Assembly (NCBI RefSeq): GCF_009914755.1
Contig: NC_060928.1
Length of the DNA stretch: 64,000 nucleotides
Origin: the human T2T-CHM13v2.0 reference genome, Homo sapiens
Reading direction: 5' to 3' (one strand)
In this document: positions 1 through 33,261 of the stretch, piece after piece
How the letters are laid out: each line of letters begins with the position of its first letter
Position numbering within the stretch: the first letter of the stretch is position 1
The notes under the pieces: model-generated
Told to the model about the DNA's origin: nothing
Databases searched by the model: none
What the model saw: the letters and a program-made list of their open reading frames with translations, nothing else
Program-made: the position numbers and the translations under genes

Positions 1-112
1 TTAAGGCTATTTTCACTTCTTTTGTGGATCTTCAGTTGCTTCAGGCCATCTGGATGTATACGTGCAGGTCACTGGGGATATGATGGCTTAGCTTGGGCTC
101 AGAGGCCTGACA
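1..112 (-). mobile_element. 5' end of an LTR7B-type (HERV-H) LTR, continuing off the left edge of the window
   Basis: Reverse complement reads TGTCAGGCCTCTGAGCCCAAGCTAAGCCATCATATCCCCAGTGACCTGCACGTATACATCCAGATGGCCTGAAGCAACTGAAGATCCACAAAAGAAGTGAAAATAGCCTTAA, the LTR7/LTR7B 5' terminus. Confidence 0.9.
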
Positions 113-139
113 TGTATCATGCCAATAATAATATAAATG

Positions 140-258
140 TTTTCTTTTTTTTTTTCCTTAAGCAAGTCAAGTGAAGCAGTGGGAGTGGAGAAGGAACAAA
201 GAAATCTGTAACTGGTTATAATCAATTTGTCATAAATACCACTGCACTTGGACTACCC
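140..258 (-). pseudogene. Y3 RNA (RNY3) retropseudogene with poly(A) remnant
   Basis: Reverse complement of 160-258 matches Y3 RNA (AGTGCAGTGGT...AACCAGTTACAGATTTCTTTGTTCCTTCTCCACTCCCACTGCTTCACTTGAC); the T-tract at 140-155 is the A tail. Confidence 0.9.
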
Positions 259-298
259 TTATTATTATTATTATTATTATTATTAAGACACAGTCATT

Positions 299-591
299 GG
301 CCGGGCGCAGTGGCTCACACCTGTAATCCCAGCACTTTGGGAGGCTGAGGTGGGCAGATCACGAGGTCAGGAGATTGAGACCGTCCTGGCTAACACGGTG
401 AAACCCCATCTCTACTAAAAATACAAAAAATTAGCCGGGTGTGGTGGCGGGTGCCTGTAGTCCCAGCTACTGGGGAGCTGAGGCAGGAGAATGGTGTGAA
501 CCCGGGAGGCGGAGTTTGCAGTGAGCCGAGATCACACCACTGCACTTCAGCCTGGGTGACAGAGTGAGACTCTGTCTCAAAAAAAAAAAAA
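299..591 (+). mobile_element. AluY
   Basis: Full dimeric Alu with Y-type GGCTAACACGGTGAAACC and GTGAACCCGGG and an A tail; preceded by (ATT)n. Confidence 0.9.
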
Positions 592-1036
592 GACAGAGTC
601 TCACTCTGCTGTCCAGAGCACTTGGCTCTCTCAGGTTGAGCATTATAGGATACAAAATCTAGCTGGGGTTTATGATTTCACCAGTTCAGTATTGTTGGTT
701 CGGAAATAATTTGGTTATCAATTCACGTAGAACTAACTAATCAGGCTTTGGGAGAATAGATTCTCTATAATTTATAAGATACTGCTTTATAACCCAAAAT
801 GGCAATCAATTTATTAGTGGTGGGATTGTGTCTTTCCAATGTCTAGAATAGTAATGTTTATCTGGTATCCAAGTACTTGCTAAAGCAAATTAATAATCCA
901 CATGTTACTTGGGAGAATTGGTTATGTACATAGGGAGTTATCTGTGATGGAAGCTGAGGAACTATGAAAGCTTTATGATTATGAACACTCGAGTAAGAGA
1001 TTTTTTGAGCTCGGCTGGAAAAATATTGAAAAATTA

Positions 1037-1336
<300 letters not shown>

Positions 1337-1444
1337 TTAGGAAATTTTCCTAGAACTCATGAGTGCCATCACTTAAAAAAAATTGTTCTTACATCACCCT
1401 GTAATTCCCAAATTATATCATTTCTCTCAATGACAGCAGTGACT

Positions 1445-3785
<2,341 letters not shown>

Positions 3786-4264
3786 CAAATCTTTCTAATT
3801 ACCACATTTGAATAGCTATTTTCTTTACCTTCCTAGGAAGTGTTTTCAGACTATAAGAATAAAGACAGAAGTTGCATGAAAATAAGCATCCTCTTTGCTC
3901 TGTTCCTTGGTGGTAAATTCCATCTCAATAGTGTTGAGAGGTAGGGGGGTGAGTAAATCAGCATGTGAAAAGCAAGCCATTTTCTCTTTTACCCTCCCAT
4001 TTTCTGATTTTGATTTGCTTCAGTAGCATCATTCCAGCATTCTCCAGTCCTCTAGACTTGGACATATTTGATTAATAATGATTATTATGGCTGTATACAT
4101 TGTAGAGGACTTTGTACTTTTCAAAGTGCTTCTACGTTCATATATATATATTTTTCTCTTTCCTTCATCATCTGCTATTAATTCATCACCAAGTTCCAAC
4201 TGATTCCATAGCTGTAATGTCTTTTAAATTCAACCACTTAATTTCAGTAGCTGACACTGTAAAA

Positions 4265-4410
4265 ATCACAGCATAGTAGGGCTGGAAGGATCCTTAGAAA
4301 CCACTTAATATGAGCTTCTCATTTTATAGATGTAGAAACTGAGATCTAATGTGGTTGAGTAACTTTGGCAAGATTATAGTTACCCCCTACCCCAGGCTCC
4401 TTGACTACTA
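4265..4410. mobile_element. MIR fragment
   Basis: CATTTTATAGATGTAGAAACTGAG...GGTTGAGTAACTT resembles the MIR core. Confidence 0.6.
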
Positions 4411-4494
4411 CTTTCAAGGCCATAAATCAATGGTTGACTGTTTGGTTTCACCCCCACCCACCTGCCCACCCCAGTTACGTTCCATTCTGTATAG

Positions 4495-4827
<333 letters not shown>

Positions 4828-4844
4828 TCAAATTCCATATTCTT

Positions 4845-5032
4845 TTTTTTTTCTTCATTGTATTCTTTTTTTTTCTATTTTTTAATTTTATTATTATTAT
4901 ACTTTAAGTTTTAGGGTACATGTGCACAACGTGCAGGTTTGTTACATATGTATACATGTGCCATGTTGGTGTGCTGCACCCATTAACTCGTCATTTAGCA
5001 TTAGGTATATCTCCTAATGCTATCCCTCGCCC
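4845..5032 (-). mobile_element. 5'-truncated young L1PA 3' end (L1PA3/4-like, GAG diagnostic)
   Basis: TTATTATACTTTAAGTTTTAGGGTACATGTGCACAACGTGCAGGTTTGTTACATATG...CATTAACTCGTCATTTAGCATTAGGTATATCTCC; same TSD as the neighbouring AluY. Confidence 0.93.
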
Positions 5033-5076
5033 CAAATTCCATATTCTTAAAGGTGGGCTCTTTCCTGGAGACTTAA

Positions 5077-7193
<2,117 letters not shown>

Positions 7194-7247
7194 TAATACT
7201 TAAATGTGGTTCGTGAAAACTATTTTTATGTTTATGCTTCTGAGCTT

Positions 7248-7267
7248 CTGGTGCCCTCTAGTGGCAA
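7248..7267 (-). promoter_or_regulatory. Strong CTCF motif
   Basis: Reverse complement TTGCCACTAGAGGGCACCAG matches the CTCF core CCAS(Y)AGRKGGC, in non-repeat sequence. Confidence 0.75.
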
Positions 7268-7454
7268 TAATTTACTGTTAAAACCTTACGTTTTGAAAAT
7301 GATATAGTTTAATTCTAAATTCAACGTTTCACTGGGAGAAAATTAAATTGTAAATGATGGGAAGAAAGTGCTAATTTGGATCAGTGTAAAGTAATAACTC
7401 CTAGAAGCATTGTTGGAACATGTGATGAATAATCATTTAAGAAATAAGAGTGGG

Positions 7455-9351
<1,897 letters not shown>

Positions 9352-9499
9352 TAGGTATTCTTTTAAGCACTTTATAAATATTAACTCAATCTTCTCAACA
9401 ATGTATGAAGTAATTGTTATCTCTACTGATGAAATTGAGGTACTGAGATATTAAGCAGCTTGACATAATTGTTCATGCTGAATATACCTCTCAAAAAAC

Positions 9500-9790
9500 A
9501 TGAACATTTTTCTATGTAACTACATCAAAGAAAAGTGACAATTTCTTAATATCATCTAAGATCTAGTCTGTGTTTAAACATCCGCAATTGTCCCTAGAAT
9601 GTCTTTACAGCTAAATTGTTCAAATCAGGATATAAGTAAAGTCCACACATTGCTTTTGGTTGTTTGCTTAGGCCTCTTTAATCTGAACAGTTCTCTTCCT
9701 CATCCCTTTTTTTATGACCTTTCCTTGACCTTGCCTTGTTGAGAGGGAGAACCAATTGCCTGCAGAACGTCCCCTTTTGAATTTGTAGGA
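9500..9790 (-). mobile_element. Old L1MC 3' fragment
   Basis: TTCAAATCAGGAT...GTCCACACATTGC..TTGGTTG..CTCTTTTAATCT resembles the L1MC4/5 3' UTR; a similar stretch occurs at about 54.7 kb. Confidence 0.55.
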
Positions 9791-10139
9791 TCAAAGCTCT
9801 ATTTCACTGTTAGCTTGTTTTAGCTCACTTCTGGCTATAGGTGGCCTCAAGCATTCTGTTTGTTTGTCCTTAATCATGTGATATTTTATAAGATTTCTTT
9901 CTACTCACTTAGCTCTTCTAAGTTCATTAAAACCCTTGCTTGCCTTTTACCTTATAATACTACATACCACTGTGTTCTGGAACAACTCCCCCCTCCCCCG
10001 CTTTTTTTTTTTTTTCCGTTCAGGACTTCTGACATGTCTTTTAGATAGTATATGTCTGAGAGCTCTAAAATTCCTAACTCTGTGTTGTCAGGGTCTGTCT
10101 TTCCCCCAACTTCACTGTTCTACATCAGCATAGTACTGC

Positions 10140-10303
10140 CACCTAGAGGAACTTCTGAAAATTTGTGACATTTTTCGTTTGTCACAGTGACAGTGACTGG
10201 GGGCTGTACTGGCATATATTGACCAGAGGCCACACTTGGAATCATCCTCAACAACTAAGAATTATCTTACCTAAAATGCTAATAGTGCCTAGGTTGGGAA
10301 CAC
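10140..10303. mobile_element. MER20 (hAT-Charlie MITE)
   Basis: GACATTTTT..TTGTCACA...TACTGGCAT...AAGAATTATC..CCTAAAATGCTAATAGTGCC.AGGTTG.GAA. Confidence 0.7.
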
Positions 10304-10379
10304 TATGTAGTCGATCCTAGTTAACTTACTCTCAGCATGACTGACACAATGTGATACACCAGCACGTAGTAGATGCTTA

Positions 10380-10724
<345 letters not shown>

Positions 10725-10769
10725 CTATTTTGCCAGAAAAAAAAATTCACAAAAGTTAACTATTTTGTT

Positions 10770-11270
10770 AGAAATCCTTTAATTACAAGTGAGAAAAATT
10801 CAGCTTATACTGGATTATGTAATTGAAAAGTCCAGGGGTATCTGCCTTCAGAAATTGCTGGATCCTGAGGGTCAAGTGGTATTATCTATACTTAATCTCC
10901 TTTAATTTTTTGACTTTCTACTCTGGGTATTGACTTCACTTTCTGAAAGGCTTTCTCCTCAAGGTGGCGCCCAGCAGCTCAAGGCTTATATCCCTCTACC
11001 CTCAAGCCCAGCAGAAAAGATAATTCTCTTTACTCAACAGTTTAAACCCATACTTTAATCTTACCGGAGTTATTTGCAACATCTGTGCGTCTCTAAACCA
11101 ATCATTGTGCCCTGATGAGATGGGGTACATTGGTGGGTCAGGCTGGATTGTGTCTTTTCCCTCACCCAAGACAGGAATTGAGTTAGCCCACCTGATCCAG
11201 ATGCCTTTATCAGAAGAGGGAATGGATGCTGAGCAGGAAACAAACCACACACATTTCCACTGTACAAACC
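10770..11270 (-). mobile_element. Old MaLR LTR (MLT1J/K/L-like)
   Basis: GAAAAGTCCAGGGGTA, CCAGCAGCTC.AGGCTTA, AAACCAATCATTGTG and GGGAATGGATGCTG are typical of MLT1 LTRs. Confidence 0.55.
10954..10973 (+). promoter_or_regulatory. CTCF motif
   Basis: CCTCAAGGTGGCGC matches the core CCACCAGGTGGCGC at 12/14 positions. Confidence 0.5.
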
Positions 11271-11523
11271 ATCACTCTACAAAATATCACAAAAGTATCC
11301 ATTCAGTCACTGTCACCTGTGCTAGGCACAGATTTTAAAAGTATAATTATGCAATGTAATTTTAATGTAATTTTACAGTATTGCTCATATATTTTGAATA
11401 TCTTATGATGTAAAGCATCATCTCTTTCTTACCACAAAACTAGAAACTAAGGGATATTCCAAACAAAACTGAATCCTTTAATTAAATTCCACAGGTATTT
11501 CTTAAGGCCTACTTTTGTTATCA

Positions 11524-12911
<1,388 letters not shown>

Positions 12912-13259
12912 TAATTTTATTTTCTCCTGTAGCAGGAGAGAATACCTGTTTTTCTACTTACTCTTTAAATGGTGTTTCCCAAAGTTCCTTGTTTTGCTCT
13001 TGACAAAACAAACAAACAAACAAACAAAAAACTCATTCTTTGTGTTCTCAGAGATCAGTTTATGCTGATGACTCAAATTTATGTTGCCAGCCAAAAATTT
13101 TATTTGAATTCCAGACTTACATTTCCATCTGACTTATGGATATTTATACCCAGCTGTCTTGTAATTATCTCAAAAGGTTTGGACCTGAGCTAATCTTTCT
13201 TTATGTACATGACCTGCCTTTGTTCAAAAAGTATATCAAAAGAGAACCATTTGGGTTCT

Positions 13260-13790
13260 TATTATTTCAGTTATCTATTGCTACAATAATACTGCCTAAC
13301 AAATCACCCCCAAAGTTCATTGGCTTAAAATAATAATAATCATTTATTATGACTGACAGCTGGTTTCACTTATGCATTATGAGGTTACATGGCTCCGCTG
13401 AACGTGACTGGGCTTTCACATGTTAGGGGACAGCTGGCTATAGACTGGGTTAAGTTGAACTTGGTTGGATAACTGGTTTCTTCTTCATATGTCTCGTACA
13501 TGCATATGTTTGTCATGTCCCTCCAGCAGGCTAGCCTGGGCATTTTTTCAAGCAATCTTGTGGAATATGCTCATGGTGATCATAGAAAACTAAAAGAGAT
13601 TGGAAAGACTCAAGAACTTTTTCAAGTTGCTGCTTTCTTCAAGTTTGCCAGTGTCACACTGGCCAAAACATACCACATTGCCCAGCACAGAGTCAGAGTC
13701 GGGGAAGACTAAATAGAATTATATAATAGGTTAAAGGGTATACATACTGGAACCCATTTAATTGAGGCCATTAATGCAATCGGTCTACTG
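13260..13790 (-). mobile_element. MaLR LTR (MLT1H/I-like)
   Basis: CAGTTATCTATTGCTACAATAAT.CTGC.TAACAAA.CACCCCAAA...GGCTTAAAA...CAGCAGGCTAGCCTGGGC. Confidence 0.7.
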
Positions 13791-13952
13791 TACTTACCGA
13801 AGTTAGACTTGGAGTCAACCTTGGTTTCTCTGTTTTTCTTACTTTTTATGAAGTTGGTCATGTCTTCTTCATTCTTCCTCAGAAATAGAATCATTCCTTT
13901 CCATCAGTGCCCATCAATGCTGCATAATTCCGAAGAATTTAACCATCACTCT

Positions 13953-14445
13953 TGTGATAGTTAATTCTATGCTTCAACTGGACTGGGCCAAGGAGTGCCC
14001 AGGTTAAACATCGTTTCTGAGTTTGTGAGGGAGTTTCTGGATGAGATTGGCACTTAAATTGGTGGATTAAGTACAGTAGATGGCCCTCCCCAGTGTGGGT
14101 AGGTATCATCCAATCCATCCTGAGATTGGAAAAAGGCAGAGGAAGGAGGAATTTCTTCCTTTTTGCTTCCTGCCTACTGCCTGATTGAGCCGGGACATCA
14201 GTTGTCTTCTGCCCTTAAGTTGGGATTTACCCCAGTGGCACCCCTGGTTCTCAGGCCTTTGGGCTTGGACTGGAATTTATACCACTGGCTTTCCTGGCTC
14301 TCTAGCTTGCAGATGGCAGATAGTGGGGCTTCTCAGCCTTCATAATCACACGATCTAATTATTTCTTACTCAATTTCTTCCTCTTTCTCTTTATATGTAT
14401 CCTGTCCCACTGGTTCTGTTTATCTGGAGAGCCCTGACTAATACA
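13953..14445 (+). mobile_element. MLT2 (ERVL) solo LTR
   Basis: TGTGATAGTTAATT...CAACTGGACTGGGCC...GGTTCTGTTTATCTGGAGAGCCCTGACTAATACA; TG...CA termini; 5-bp TSD ACTCT/GCTCT. Confidence 0.85.
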
Positions 14446-14734
14446 GCTCTCCTGGATTAGTACAATAGCCTTTGCACTCGTGGGTTCTCTTCTCTCCCCT
14501 TATCAAGTTCTACATCGAATCACAATAAAACTGGTTTAGTTTCTGTATGAGCCCTGCAGATCCTCATCAGTTGGTCTCTCCCTTCTCAGGCAGCCCTGAC
14601 CCACAACTCCGGAGATGTTTAAGCCCTCCCAGGGTGTGCCACAGTGAGGAGCTCCAGGGAATGTGGACAGGCGTGAGCCACTGTGCCTTCCCTTCATTGT
14701 TTTGTTTTAAATCACCATTCACTACCTTTACATT

Positions 14735-15237
<503 letters not shown>

Positions 15238-15350
15238 CTTATTTATGAATACAGTCCTAACTCCTCAGCATAGCAAAGACCTCCATAACTCGACCTTGGG
15301 TGTGAAGAACAGGGGATTCTGCCAGGAAGTAGTGACAATGCAGGGAGCAC

Positions 15351-16843
<1,493 letters not shown>

Positions 16844-17376
16844 AGCCCCAACTCAGCCATTCCTTACTGGAGACTCACCTGGGACACATGTGAAAAAAAA
16901 CCCACACCTGGATTACCCTCCTGAAATCTGACTTAAATGAATATCAAGAAATAGTCTGAAGGGAAAAGAAGGTACTAAAGGCAAATAGCCTCATTAACTA
17001 GTATAGCATTACCTAGGAGAAGAAGTGTGTGTTCAAGAGGGGAGTGTTGAGGCCCTTGCTGTTGAGTCCCTTTGGTACCCTCAGCAGGATGGGTTTTGTA
17101 AGCAGGTTATGCCTTCAAGTCCATCTTATTAGCTGTTGGTGCAGTTGCTTTCTTCTTCTGCTACATTTGTAAATTAATGAGGTGCTCCATCCTTTCACCT
17201 CCACTTAAGGGTAGGAGGTGACGGTACTGGGGAGCGTGTGTTCTGAGGCTGTACAAGAATTATGTGGAAGCTTTGAAAAGACATACAGATTCCTATTGCA
17301 TATGTACCAACTGAGAACCTCCAGAATGAGAGCTTAGAATCTGTATTTTAATTTAGTTTTATTAATTTTTAAAGTG

Positions 17377-19917
<2,541 letters not shown>

Positions 19918-20221
19918 CTAAGATTTTAAGATTTCTAGGCTAATAGACCAGGTGAGTGTTGGGTATCGTTAACTGAGAAGGGAAGGTAGGAAAATGGGCA
20001 GGTTGTAGGGTAGAGGTTGCTCACGGCTTTTGTAGGAAGATGGAAGTATATCACTTTAAGTTTGAGTTACACTGGGAGTATTCATATAGGGAGACCAACC
20101 TAGCGGACATGAGAAATTAGGTCTGAAGCTCACAAAATTGGTCAGAGCCAGGTATATAGGTTTGAGTAGTTGTAGGTCTATAAGGACTGACGTCTTGGAG
20201 GCGGATGGGACTGCATGAAGG

Positions 20222-20405
20222 CTGTGGTTTTCCACACTTTCGCATGTGTAAGAATCTCCTGGAGGGCTTGTTAAAACATGTTGCAGCCCAGCCACCCTTG
20301 GAGTTTCTGATTCAGTCTGGTTAGGGCTCAATAATTTGCAGCTCTAACAAGTTCCCGGGTGGTGCTGATGCCATTGGTCTAACTACTACGTTCTGAGAAG
20401 CGCCA
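20222..20405. mobile_element. MER5A
   Basis: GAATCTCCTGGAGGGCTTGTTAAAACA...GAGTTTCTGATTCAGT...AATTTGCA..TCTAACAAGTTCCC.GGTG.TGCTGATGC. Confidence 0.85.
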
Positions 20406-20505
20406 GCCTAGGGAACGTGTAGTGAGAGAAGAGAACTAAGGGTAGGATTTGGGGGAGTGTTCTGGTTAAGAAGGAAGTGAAGGAAGAGGAAGTAGTGAGG
20501 GATAC

Positions 20506-21026
20506 TGTAAGGGAAGAAAAACATCCTTTCCCTTCTACCCTCCTAAGTTCCCAGCTGGGGCCCCTGTAACAAAAGATTAGCAAGAGAAAAACATACAAAT
20601 TTATTTAATATAAGCTTTACATGACATGAGAATTCTCGTATAGAAGTGAATACTAAAAGAAGCAGAGTCAAATGCTTATTTACTGAATTGGACAAAGAGC
20701 AGTAAATTCTGAAAATGTGACAAGACAAAAAGGCTTGAGCTAGGACAATTCATGGTGGAAAAGTAACTAGGAAGGGAAGAGTGAGCTTGACAAGGTTTGT
20801 ACAGATTTTTCTCAGCCTTAACTCCCCATCTCTCTGGTAAAAATGTTACTTTCCTTCTGGAGTAGGGAGCACATCTTCCATATGGGAATTTTATTTCCTG
20901 TTTTTAGGAAGAAAAAGGAAAGGTCAGAACCTTTCTTGTACTTGCTGTTTTTTAAGTGTCTTTAGCTCAAAATAACCCTTGTGCCAAATTGGCATATTTT
21001 GGGGTGGCATATTCCACTACTCTTCA
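20506..21026 (-). mobile_element. MER67-type ERV1 solo LTR
   Basis: TG...CA termini, 4-bp TSD ATAC/ATAC, and the motif AGCTCAAAATAA...TGCCAAA.TGGCATATTTTGGGGTGGCATATTC. Confidence 0.75.
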
Positions 21027-21589
21027 ATACTTACAGATTTGTCTTAGAGTTTTCATCACATTGTAATAAAAATAGTTGCACATTAAATATGTACATTATG
21101 CACATGTATTTGCATATTAAGTAGGCATCTATCAGGGACACAGGAAGTTTCATAAGAAAACTAGGGAAAGAGAGAATGCTGTGAATCCCATATATTTGGT
21201 CTTTCTAGGAATCCCTCTCACTCTGTTTCATCCCTGAATGGCTTTCGGTTGAGAGTCACCCATTTCACACAACCCTCTCTATTAACTGAGCAGCTTTTAC
21301 TCATCCCTGAAACAAAAAAGTCAAACCAAATTTATATCCTGAGATCTCCTATTAGTTGTTTCTAAAAATTGAAAGGATTTTAATTTTTCAAACTCTGAGA
21401 AAAATAAAAATAATATGAGTTACACAAATAACTCAGTGAATGTTGGCATAATATATTCTTCTTAATTTAGTTAAATTGTTTCCATACACAGTTTTGTTTG
21501 GAAGGGTGAGCTACAGCTGATGGGCAATATACGTATGTAAGGCTTACATGTGCAAAATCACACAGCAGGAACTGGCTCACCAAGTAAAT

Positions 21590-22830
<1,241 letters not shown>

Positions 22831-23388
22831 CCTGAAATATGACTTCTAATTAACTATCATTTGAACAAACATCTGTGGAGGATACAATGAAATCCATGTG
22901 TAGCTAAGGGTTGGGGAGACTGGGATAGAAGAATGCACAGTCCTTCTCCTTAAAGAGTTTGTCATTTCTCGCTGCTCTGAAGCAGGTAGGTTGATATCTG
23001 TGACTTGCTTACCCCTTGTAATAATGGTGTCAATTCGAACCAATCGCTGACAAGGGGCGCCAGCCTGCAATAGGATTGTTACCTAGATTATTCGTGTTTG
23101 TGTTTAGGGGAATGTGGAATGTGGGAGTGGCTGTTAGATAACCACCCAGTACACCATTGGCTGCAACTACTTTGTTTGTTGAATTTTTTTGTCTGGGGGA
23201 AATCGAATGTGTAATAACTTCTGACTTCTCAACATCATCATTTATAGGCAGTACTAGTGCTTTCCACTGATTTCTGACGTGCTGAGCTAGCTTAAACTAC
23301 CTATTCTTCACATCACATTGGACCTCCAGGGAAATCTAATTTGTACCAAAGTTGTCAGGAATTGAAGTTTGTCCCTGTGCAAGTTTAC

Positions 23389-23412
23389 TATTAGGTTGGT
23401 GCAAAAGCAACT
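23389..23412 (+). mobile_element. MADE1/Hsmar1 terminal inverted repeat fragment
   Basis: TATTAGGTTGGTGCAAAAG matches the start of the Hsmar1 TIR. Confidence 0.6.
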
Positions 23413-23596
23413 TTTAAATATGTCATCATTCAGTTTGAGCGATCCTGCAACCCTTATTTGTTAGTGCTGTTTTCTGGGAGTGCCGAGCCACCTCTCTTGG
23501 TGAAGTCCTGGTATATTTTTTAATGTACATCCTATAATATATATGTGGGATAAGTAATTTTCTGGATAATTCTGCTTTTTAAAAAAAAGCCACTTT

Positions 23597-24562
<966 letters not shown>

Positions 24563-24936
24563 AAGTCAGTGAAAACTCTGCAGCACTGGGAAAGCCCATT
24601 ATCCTCAGCAAGGCTGACAGGAAATGAATTTGCTTGTGCATCTCCAGTCAAGGGCAATGCCATTAAGGTCTGCAAAACTACAATATTGCAGTCTAAAGAT
24701 TTTTAAATTCTATTGCTGGCACACCAGTAAGACGCTTTTGTTTCAATTAGACCAAGGGCTGGAAACCTAAGTAACAAAGACACAGTGATTATGGTAGAAA
24801 ACAATTATAATTATGAAAGAAACAAGTGAATTCTAATATATGTTGAGTTAGCTGTAGAATATAGGTAACTCTGTATAGTATAATATTAATTTAATGTATA
24901 ATATGATTCATATGTAGAACAATAGCATATAATTAT

Positions 24937-25278
24937 TGGATTAGGCTGTTCTTACACAGCTATGAAGATACTACCGAGACTGGGTAATTTATAAAGGAAA
25001 GAGATTTAATTGACTCAGTTCCAAATGGCTGGGGAGGCATCAGGAAACTTACAATCATGGCGGAAGGGGAGAGAGAGCAAGTGTGTGAAGGAGGAACTGT
25101 TAGACATGCATAAAACCATCTGATCTCGTGAGAACTCAGTCACTATCATGAGAACAGCATGAGGGACACTGCCCCCATGATCCAATCATCTCCCACTGTC
25201 TCTCCCTTGACATGTGGGGATTATCAGGATTACAATTCAAGATAAGATTTGGGTGAGGACACAAAGCATAACCATATA
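24937..25278 (-). mobile_element. THE1D/MSTA-like MaLR LTR
   Basis: CCGAGACTGGGTAATTTATAAAGGAAAGAG...AAAACCATCTGATCTCGTGAGAACTCA...ATTCAAGATAAGATTTGGGTG. Confidence 0.85.
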
Positions 25279-25369
25279 AATTATATAACTATTTGTTATA
25301 CTTTAATGACCATAAGTTGAACCCATTTTTAATTTTTGATAGTATTTTCTTTCTTAAAAAAAGTTATTA

Positions 25370-29090
<3,721 letters not shown>

Positions 29091-29688
29091 CTACACTTTT
29101 AATTTAATGGATAAAAATGCAGAGCAAATCATCTTATTTTGCTTTATGAACAGATTTGATTGGATTTTATTTTATCCTTTCTGAAAATTTTCCAAGTGGT
29201 GCACACTAATTCTCATGAAAGATTCTCATTTGGTCTTACAGAAAAATATATTTCCTCTTAAGAGCGATTATAAGTGTTGATAGACAAAGCCAACAGTACT
29301 TTGTGGTTGAGCTGGAAAATGTTTACTCAGTTTGATGCCGTGGCCAATAAAATAAAACAAGAGGAAAATACCAGAAGTATGGGAACAGAGGGAGTCTTTA
29401 AAATTATAATATATTATAGCAAGTCACTTTAATGCAGCTTTGGTGAAACAGCTGCTTGCTGTAGAGAAAATCCATTTAGAAGGTTCTGTGAGCTTGCAGG
29501 CTGTGAATGCAAATGATGGAAGAGTTTGTACATCTGGGTTGTTGGTGGGAATATTTAACCTTTTTCACTGCTTACTCTTGGTGCTTCTTTTGCTACCTCC
29601 CCTTGATCCTTAATATGTGTGCCTCAGTTTGGATTATTAACAACCCTTCCAATGACCCTCAATGAATGGGTGAAGCTCTTGGCAGTAG

Positions 29689-31477
<1,789 letters not shown>

Positions 31478-31548
31478 TGATAGGTACTGTTTTGGTTTAA
31501 ATTTTGTTAAATATGCAATGGCAAAATTAAAGTAAGATTAGATTAAAA

Positions 31549-31584
31549 ATCACTTGTCAGCCTTTTGGCTAAGTTCAAGCATAG
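31549..31584 (+). pseudogene. 3'-truncated U2 snRNA pseudogene (about nt 1-36)
   Basis: ATCACTTGTCAGCCTTTTGGCTAAGTTCAAGCATAG versus U2 ATCGCTTCTCGGCCTTTTGGCTAAGATCAAGTGTAG; flanked by the direct repeat AGATTAGAT(T/A)AAAA. Confidence 0.85.
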
Positions 31585-32379
31585 ATTAGATAAAAAAGAC
31601 AAAAATATATAGTTGACCTTCAAAGTTCTTCACATGTAAAGACCTCAAACTGTTTCAAAATTACCTTCTGCTACTCCCCTCGATAAACCCTCTATTCAGG
31701 GTAGACTTGTGTATTACTTGTTCTTAAAATATGTTACATCAGGCTTTTTTGTTTGCAAGGAAGAGATTCACTCAGATAATTTTAAGATAAAGGGGTTTAT
31801 TATAAATACCCAGGACCCAGGCTTTGTTTTCTGGTGTCTTCTTAGGGGGTTGCTCTCTTCCTTTCTCCCTCTCATCAATTCTCTCTGTATTCTCTACTAT
31901 AAATTCTGGAGGGAGATAGTCTGGACTAATTTCCATTGCCCCAGTAGGAAAAGTCCTTTGAGTAAGTCCACTCCATGGGTCAAGACGCAGGCTGTGGAGA
32001 AGCTGCCCTTGGGTCAGGCCCACTCTGTTCCAATCAGTGGCCACTTCTGCGTAAAGAATGAGTAGCACCACTGTCATGGGTAGGCAGTTCAGTTGGAAGG
32101 GGGGCACTTTCTGTGTGACCCTGGGATTGTCATATCCAGACCATGTCTGGAGCATCTCACCTCCCTGCATTTGCTGGCACCTCTCCTTTTTGACCATAGA
32201 GTGTTCTCCATGAATTTACACATGTTCTGAACTTAGCTGAAATCTTAAGGGGTTAGGCAAAGCCTGTCTCAAATGCCGCAGTCTCCTGACATCCTCCATG
32301 TATGATCATTATATGATCATTAATGATTAGTGAGTCATTACAGAGGACACATATTATGTATTACCCAATGTATTTCTTT

Positions 32380-33261
<882 letters not shown>

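Noticed and set aside
10136-10152. CTCF-like TGCCACCTAGAGGAAC
   Set aside because: The register and 3' half do not fit the core, and it lies at the edge of MER20.
23389-23412. Functional SETMAR binding site
   Set aside because: The TIR match breaks after GGTGCAAAAG and there is no partner TIR.
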